DNA of 64,000 bases from a marine bacterium B5-7 (GTDB lineage Bacteria; Pseudomonadota; Gammaproteobacteria; Arenicellales; CAJQKF01). The notes beneath the pieces were generated by a model, which saw only the letters and a list, made by a program, of their open reading frames with translations, made no database searches and was not told the DNA's origin. The translations under genes were made by a program, and so were the position numbers. Location: assembly GCA_021604525.1 (NCBI GenBank), contig BQJD01000002.1:24282-88281 (forward strand). The letters are read 5' to 3'. This document shows, piece after piece, positions 58,913 to 64,000 of this stretch; position 1 is the stretch's first letter; every line of letters starts with the position of its first letter.

Positions 58913-60223
58913 TCATAGCGCTGCCAGAGTCACCCTGAGTTTCTCGCATATCTCGTCGATATGCGCCCGCTCACTGATCAAAGGCGGCGCAACCAGCAGC
59001 GAATCGCCGGTCGCCTTGAGATTGAGGTGATTTCTAAAAAGCGCCTTCTGCGCATTCAATCCGGCGAGACCGGGCTGATCCTCAGGTTTGATATCAATAC
59101 CGGCCAGCATGCCATATCCGCGGATATCTGTAATAGCCGGGATATCGCTCAACGCAAATATTGAATCGAGGAAATAATCTGATAACTCTGCCGCCTTGTG
59201 GAACAAGCCCTCATTCTTGAATATATCCATAGTGGCGATACCCGCTGCACAGGCGGCCGGGTGGGCCGAATAAGTGTAACCATGGAAGAGTTCGATGGCT
59301 TTTTCCGGTGCGGCATTGAATATGGCATCGTGAATCTCATCGGATACCGCTACGGCACCCATCGGCTGGGCGGCATTGGTCAGCGCCTTGGCTAATGTCA
59401 TGATATCGGGTTTGACGCCGAAACTGTCGGCCGCAAACGCCTTGCCGGTGCGTCCAAAGCCGGTGATCACTTCGTCAAAAATCAATAGTATGCCGTAGGT
59501 GTCGCATAGCTCCCGAAGCCGTTCGAGATACCCTTTGGGCGGCACCAGACAGCCGGTTGAGCCGGCAATCGGCTCCACAAAGCACGCTGCGATGGTATCC
59601 GGTCCATAATTCAATGCGAGCCGCTCCAGATCGTTGGCAAGCTCGGCACCGGTCTCAGGCTGACCCTTGACGAAGCGGTTTTCCGGCAGCCAGGTGTGAC
59701 GCATATGCGCCACTCCCGGAACACCCGGTCCGAATGCCTGGCGGTTCTTGATCATGCCGCTCAAGGATACGCCGCCAAGGTTGACGCCGTGATAGGCGCG
59801 CTCTCGGGAAATAAACCGCTGACGTTGACCTTCACCTCTTGCGTAGTGGTAGGCATATGCGATTTTCATCGCCGTATCGACCGATTCGGATCCCGAATTC
59901 GTGAAAAAGATATGATCGAGTCCCGCAGGCGTCAGCTCGGCAACCCGTCGCGCGAACTCGAAAGCGAGCGGTTGGGCGGTCTGGAAAGGTGGCGAATAAT
60001 CGAGAGCCTGCATTTGCGCATATACGGCGTCTGCGATTTCCTTTCGACAGTGCCCGGCTGCGCAACAAAAAAGCCCTGACGAGGCATCGATGATCTTGTC
60101 GCCTTTGTCATTCCAGTAATACACGCCCTCGGCACGCACAAAAATCCTCGGGTCGGTTTTAAAATCCCGGTTGCCGGTAAACGGCATCCAGTAATTGCGC
60201 ATTGATTCCTGATCAAGTTTCAT
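58913..60223 (-). CDS. Class-III (omega) aminotransferase, beta-alanine/omega-amino acid--pyruvate type
   Basis: Starts at MKLDQESMRNYWMPFT (internal Met of the 529-aa ORF). Motifs FFTNSGSESVDTA, DEVITGFGRTG, and PDIMTLAKALTN (PLP Lys). Confidence 0.85.
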   Translation of the reverse strand: MKLDQESMRNYWMPFTGNRDFKTDPRIFVRAEGVYYWNDKGDKIIDASSGLFCCAAGHCRKEIADAVYAQMQALDYSPPFQTAQPLAFEFARRVAELTPAGLDHIFFTNSGSESVDTAMKIAYAYHYARGEGQRQRFISRERAYHGVNLGGVSLSGMIKNRQAFGPGVPGVAHMRHTWLPENRFVKGQPETGAELANDLERLALNYGPDTIAACFVEPIAGSTGCLVPPKGYLERLRELCDTYGILLIFDEVITGFGRTGKAFAADSFGVKPDIMTLAKALTNAAQPMGAVAVSDEIHDAIFNAAPEKAIELFHGYTYSAHPAACAAGIATMDIFKNEGLFHKAAELSDYFLDSIFALSDIPAITDIRGYGMLAGIDIKPEDQPGLAGLNAQKALFRNHLNLKATGDSLLVAPPLISERAHIDEICEKLRVTLAAL

Positions 60224-60246
60224 TGGTTGATTACCATTCGTCGGCG

Positions 60247-60281
60247 GGTTTACACTCAAGCTACGGTTTACAGGATAAACC
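60247..60281. promoter_or_regulatory. Candidate MocR-type operator: GGTTTACA direct repeat (18-bp period) plus an inverted TAAACC
   Basis: GGTTTACA at 60247-60254 and 60265-60272, with TAAACC at 60276-60281. All lie in the 118-bp divergent spacer between the aminotransferase and MocR genes. Confidence 0.35.
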
Positions 60282-60341
60282 TTAGTCCCCACCCAGATTT
60301 TCTGACTAGCACCAGAGCATGATTCGAGATGAGGCCAGTGA

Positions 60342-61805
60342 ATGCCGGACGTTTTGTTCAAGTTGCCGGAAGACCCGAATGCAAGTCTGCAAACGCGCAT
60401 ACGAGAAATGCTGGTTTCGGCCATTCTCGACGGCCATCTGCCGCCGGGCAGCCCGGTACCGTCAGGCCGTAAGCTCGCACAACAGCTAAAGGTTGCCCGC
60501 AATACGGTTGTTCTTGCCTACGAACACCTGGTCGACGAAGGATTCCTGATCGCCCGGGAGCGTAGCGGCTTTTATGTCAGCGAGGATATCCTGAAAGGAC
60601 GAATCGGCGCTGTATCCCATCACTCGGGCGGCCTTCGGGAACCGGCTCACTGGCAAGGCCGGATACGCCTTGACTTCAGCCATCAGCGGCAGATTCAAAA
60701 GCCCGCCGATTGGCAGCGTTATCAATATCCGTTTCTTTATGGTCAGTTCGATCCGGCGCTGTTTCCAATCGCCGATTGGCGGGAATGCTGTCGCGATGCG
60801 GCGTCAATTAGGGCAATTCACGCCTGGGCCGGCGATCGCGCCGACCGCGACGATCCGGAACTGATTGAACAGATTCATACCCGTGTACTGCCTCGGCGTG
60901 GAGTTTTTGCAGGCGATCACGAAATTCTGGTCACCCTGGGCGCGCAACATGCGCTCTATCTCGCTGCCCAGTTGCTGGTTAACGCGGAACGTACGGTGGG
61001 TATGGAGGAACCCGGCTACACGGACGCCCGCAATGTATTCAATGTTCACACCCGTAACGTTCGACCGCTCTCCCTGGACGCGCATGGGCTGAAAATCGAC
61101 TCAACCCTGGACGATTGCGATTGTGTTTATGTCACCCCATCACATCAGTTTCCGACGACCATCACCATGCCGATCGAGCGTCGCCGGGAATTACTGAAGG
61201 CGGCTGACGAAAAGGATTTTATTCTGATCGAAGACGATTACGAATCCGAACTGAACTACGCCGACGAACCGGTGCCCGCCTTAAAGAGTCTGGATGAATC
61301 GCAGCGGGTTCTTTATATCGGTAGCCTGTCAAAAACACTCGCGCCGGGTCTTCGAATGGGTTATCTGGTCGGGCCACCCGGATTCATCACACAGGCCCGG
61401 GCACTGCGTCGATTGATGTTACGACACCCGCCGGCTAACAATCAGTTTATCGTGTCACAGTTTTTAAAACGTGGATTTCATGATGCGCTGGTGCGACGTT
61501 TGCATCACACCCTTCGTGATCGCTGGCGCGTCATGATCGAGTCGCTGGATCTGCATTTTCCATCCACGGATGTTAATCATGCATTTGGCGGGTCAGCATT
61601 CTGGGTGCGCTTGCCAGAAGGTATTGACGCAGACGAACTCGAAGTGGCGGCACGCGAACAGAGTATTCTGATTGAAGCCGGCAGTGTATTTTTTAATCAA
61701 CCGCAAAGTCCCTGTGGCTGGATACGCCTCGGTTTTTCGTCCATCGCCTCTGACCGCATTCCGCAAGGCATCAAGCAGCTCGCCGCGGTCATTAAAAGCC
61801 TTTAG
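60342..61805 (+). CDS. MocR/GabR-type transcriptional regulator (GntR wHTH fused to an aminotransferase-like domain)
   Basis: 487 aa. N-terminal GntR HTH (LPSGRKLAQQLKVARNTVVLAYEHLVDEGF), then a fold-type-I aminotransferase-like domain (YIGSLSKTLAPGLRMGYLV). Confidence 0.85.
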   Translation: MPDVLFKLPEDPNASLQTRIREMLVSAILDGHLPPGSPVPSGRKLAQQLKVARNTVVLAYEHLVDEGFLIARERSGFYVSEDILKGRIGAVSHHSGGLREPAHWQGRIRLDFSHQRQIQKPADWQRYQYPFLYGQFDPALFPIADWRECCRDAASIRAIHAWAGDRADRDDPELIEQIHTRVLPRRGVFAGDHEILVTLGAQHALYLAAQLLVNAERTVGMEEPGYTDARNVFNVHTRNVRPLSLDAHGLKIDSTLDDCDCVYVTPSHQFPTTITMPIERRRELLKAADEKDFILIEDDYESELNYADEPVPALKSLDESQRVLYIGSLSKTLAPGLRMGYLVGPPGFITQARALRRLMLRHPPANNQFIVSQFLKRGFHDALVRRLHHTLRDRWRVMIESLDLHFPSTDVNHAFGGSAFWVRLPEGIDADELEVAAREQSILIEAGSVFFNQPQSPCGWIRLGFSSIASDRIPQGIKQLAAVIKSL

Positions 61806-61875
61806 AACCTGGCTCAAAATGCAGGTTCCAGTCACTTTGATAAATCGACAGTTAACCTGTCAGTCACACAGCCAG

Positions 61876-62352
61876 TTATTGTGGGCGCTTGCCGGTGAAT
61901 TCTATCTCACCGCCGGGCAATAAATAGAGCACCAGTGCTTCGCCGTCGGTAACTGTTGGAAAGTGATCGGAACCCGGCGGATAGACACACCAGCCGCGGC
62001 CATGGCCATCGAAGCAGGCGCTATCGTCAATAGGCATCACCATACAAATTTCACCATTGGGATGTCGATGATGGGGACCAACGATATTATCAAGATCCAC
62101 CACATCAACACTCAATCCAAAGGTATCATCACTGGCTTCCATTACCCGCCCAAAGCGACGTCCTTCCCCACCCTCGGCACACATCCAGCCCGCCGCTATA
62201 GCTGCATGACAAGCCTTCTCAATCGTTTTGAATTGCGTGCCATTGGCAGGAATTTCGGTATTGAGTTCTTTAGCCAGTGAATCATCAAGATTTCGCTTGC
62301 CGACAAACTCTGTTACAGGTTGTATGAGTTCGTTAAATTTCTCGATACGCAT
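61876..62352 (-). CDS. Small cupin-like / DUF4863-like protein, function unknown
   Basis: 158 aa with His-rich motif GPHHRHPNGEICMV and a C-terminal beta-rich segment. The family call is tentative. Confidence 0.4.
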   Translation of the reverse strand: MRIEKFNELIQPVTEFVGKRNLDDSLAKELNTEIPANGTQFKTIEKACHAAIAAGWMCAEGGEGRRFGRVMEASDDTFGLSVDVVDLDNIVGPHHRHPNGEICMVMPIDDSACFDGHGRGWCVYPPGSDHFPTVTDGEALVLYLLPGGEIEFTGKRPQ

Positions 62353-62414
62353 GAATCACCTCAAACATTTGTCGATTGGCAGTGGTGTCGATGTTTCAAC
62401 GGATTAGTGCGACA

Positions 62415-64000
62415 TCATCCCGTTATAAAGTAAAGCGAAAGCGTCGATGCAAGCAAAATCGCCACCCACAATGCCATGCTACCGATAGGCCAGGAACGCG
62501 CCAACAGACCTTGCGGGCCATTGTGTTGCTCCAGTTTATACAGCAACGCATGGTAACGACGCCGCACTGCATTGCGCAAACCTTGGTACATAGTATTCAT
62601 CAGAAGGGTTATTCGCGAAATGAGTTGCGGTGCGAATCGACGATAAGTCCAGTCAAAATCAAGGTTGGTGGAGTGTAGCTCCGGTGGGTAGATACCTGAT
62701 AGCTTCAGCCACGCGAATGCTGCTGCAGAGAAAAACAATATCTGTAGTTGCGCCAGCACGTGACTTGAATCATAAGGGTTGTAATCAACAGCAAACGGCA
62801 ACGACCCATAAAGAATTGATGGAAATACGCCAATCAAAATACAAAGCAGTGCAGAAATCGCCATGGCGATGAGCATGTTGGGCGGCGCTTCACCGGGTCG
62901 TAAACCGGCGTCTTTATAAAAGAACGCAAAGAATGGAATCTTGATTCCGGCATGATGAAATACACCGGCAGAGGCGAACAATAACATCAACCAGACAACT
63001 TGATGGTTACCATCGAGCGCGGCACTCATCACCATCGACTTGCTGACGAAACCACTGAACAGGGGAAACGCGGAAATTGACGCCGCACCGATTATGCAGA
63101 ACGTGGTTGTCCACGGCATGCTCTTATAGAGACCACCCAGATCCGAACCATTGATCCGTCCGGTCAAATGCAGCACCGCGCCCATGGACATCATCAACAA
63201 GCCTTTGAAAATAACGTCATTAAAGGCATGAGCCACAGCACCATTCAGTGCGAGCTCGGTACCAATGCCTACACCGACGACCATGAAACCAATCTGGTTG
63301 ATCATGCTGTAAGCCAGCACACGACGCAGATCGTTTTCTATCACGGCGTAGAAGATCGGGAAACAGGTCATCACTGCGCCGATATAAATGAGTTCCTCGG
63401 TGCCAGGAAAACCTCGCACCAGCGCATACACAGCCACCTTGGTGGTAAACGCAGACAGGAAAACGGTACCCGTCGGCGTCGCTTCGGGATAGGAGTCGGT
63501 TAACCAGTTATGCAGCAACGGAAATGCACACTTGATACCGAATGCGGCAAGTATCAATAAACCGGCAACGTTATCAATACCGATAAACGTGAACGCCATT
63601 GAACCCGTTTTCTGATACCACAAGAGTGCACCCGCCAATAACAAAACGCCCGATAAAATCTGAATCACCAGGTATCGCACAGCGGCGGATCGGGAACGTT
63701 CAGTATCTCGCGCCAGGATCAGAAATACCGACGACAGCGTCAGCATTTCCCAGAATATGAACAAAGTCATCAGATCGCCAGCGAACACTGCGCCAAGGGC
63801 ACTGCCGGCGTACAGTAATGCACTGACCTGCTGGCGGGTATCCTTCACATGCAGTGAATAAACGATACCGATAAAGGCGGCGATATGGAAAAGATAACCA
63901 AAAAGTCGCGACAATGCATCGACCCGGTACGGTTGCAGCTCAAAGCCTAATACCGACAGGTGAAGCGCAGTACCATCGGCGACGCCGGCCAGATGAATTC
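62415..64000 (-). CDS. Proton-translocating NuoL/M/N-MnhD-family membrane subunit (Na+/H+ antiporter subunit D-like); the N-terminus lies beyond the right edge
   Basis: The ORF-track start (TTG 63914) is not the real start. My translation upstream in the same frame (IHLAGVADGTALHLSVLGFELQPYRVDA-LSRLFGY...) has no stop up to position 64000. Family motif NWLTDSYPEATPTGTVFLSAFTTKVAVYALVR. Confidence 0.8.
   Translation of the reverse strand, partial: IHLAGVADGTALHLSVLGFELQPYRVDALSRLFGYLFHIAAFIGIVYSLHVKDTRQQVSALLYAGSALGAVFAGDLMTLFIFWEMLTLSSVFLILARDTERSRSAAVRYLVIQILSGVLLLAGALLWYQKTGSMAFTFIGIDNVAGLLILAAFGIKCAFPLLHNWLTDSYPEATPTGTVFLSAFTTKVAVYALVRGFPGTEELIYIGAVMTCFPIFYAVIENDLRRVLAYSMINQIGFMVVGVGIGTELALNGAVAHAFNDVIFKGLLMMSMGAVLHLTGRINGSDLGGLYKSMPWTTTFCIIGAASISAFPLFSGFVSKSMVMSAALDGNHQVVWLMLLFASAGVFHHAGIKIPFFAFFYKDAGLRPGEAPPNMLIAMAISALLCILIGVFPSILYGSLPFAVDYNPYDSSHVLAQLQILFFSAAAFAWLKLSGIYPPELHSTNLDFDWTYRRFAPQLISRITLLMNTMYQGLRNAVRRRYHALLYKLEQHNGPQGLLARSWPIGSMALWVAILLASTLSLYFITG

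Noticed and set aside
58913-60502. N-terminal 93-aa extension of the aminotransferase ORF, and similar long 5' extensions of the mmsA, gltD, PotA-like and FAD-oxidase ORFs
   Set aside because: The extensions have non-protein-like composition, overlap divergent promoter regions or neighbouring genes, and homologous families start at the internal Met. I used the shorter coordinates.
1-64000. Scan for CRISPR arrays, IS elements/transposases, integrases, toxin-antitoxin pairs, restriction-modification systems or other defence systems
   Set aside because: I saw no regularly spaced repeats and recognised no transposase, integrase, nuclease or methylase families in any frame. The only mobility footprint is the tRNA-Gly direct repeat reported above.

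Overview
This looks like a chromosomal segment of a Gram-negative, probably gamma-proteobacterial genome; that guess rests only on gene content and by-eye protein similarity. It holds about 55 tightly packed protein-coding genes and one tRNA-Gly(CCC). I could not recognise any rRNA, CRISPR array, IS/transposase, integrase or phage gene. The backbone is housekeeping and metabolic: gltB-gltD, glnS, panC, ddl, gloA, sohB, mmsA, several c-type cytochromes, two ABC transporters, PPK2 and an EF-G paralogue. Five loci stand out. (1) At 32.9-40.7 kb sits a DSF/RpfF-type cell-cell signalling locus of unusual composition. It has an RpfF-like crotonase with both catalytic Glu, a dedicated ACP, a dedicated Cys-His-His ketosynthase, an RpfC-architecture multi-TM hybrid kinase (HK-REC-HPt) and a REC-PAS-GGDEF-EAL output protein. 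No RpfB and no HD-GYP RpfG are present. This is my best candidate for an undescribed system. (2) At 2978-6369 an AT-richer islet of about 3.3 kb is bounded by a perfect 49-bp direct repeat of the 3' part of tRNA-Gly. It carries only a secreted hemopexin-repeat/CARDB protein, whose frame continues for 61 codons past its TAG stop. (3) A polyamine-type ABC permease has an extra TM segment and a tail with two identical 22-aa repeats whose DNA differs only at synonymous sites. (4) An M20 deacylase / M24 creatinase-DoeA-like hydrolase / ornithine-cyclodeaminase-like / GGT-like cluster lies at 14.9-20.3 kb. (5) A minimal 116-aa SET-domain protein lies at 32.4 kb. All functional calls come from motif recognition by eye on the supplied translations or my own hand translations. 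No database search, HMM scan or structure prediction was run.
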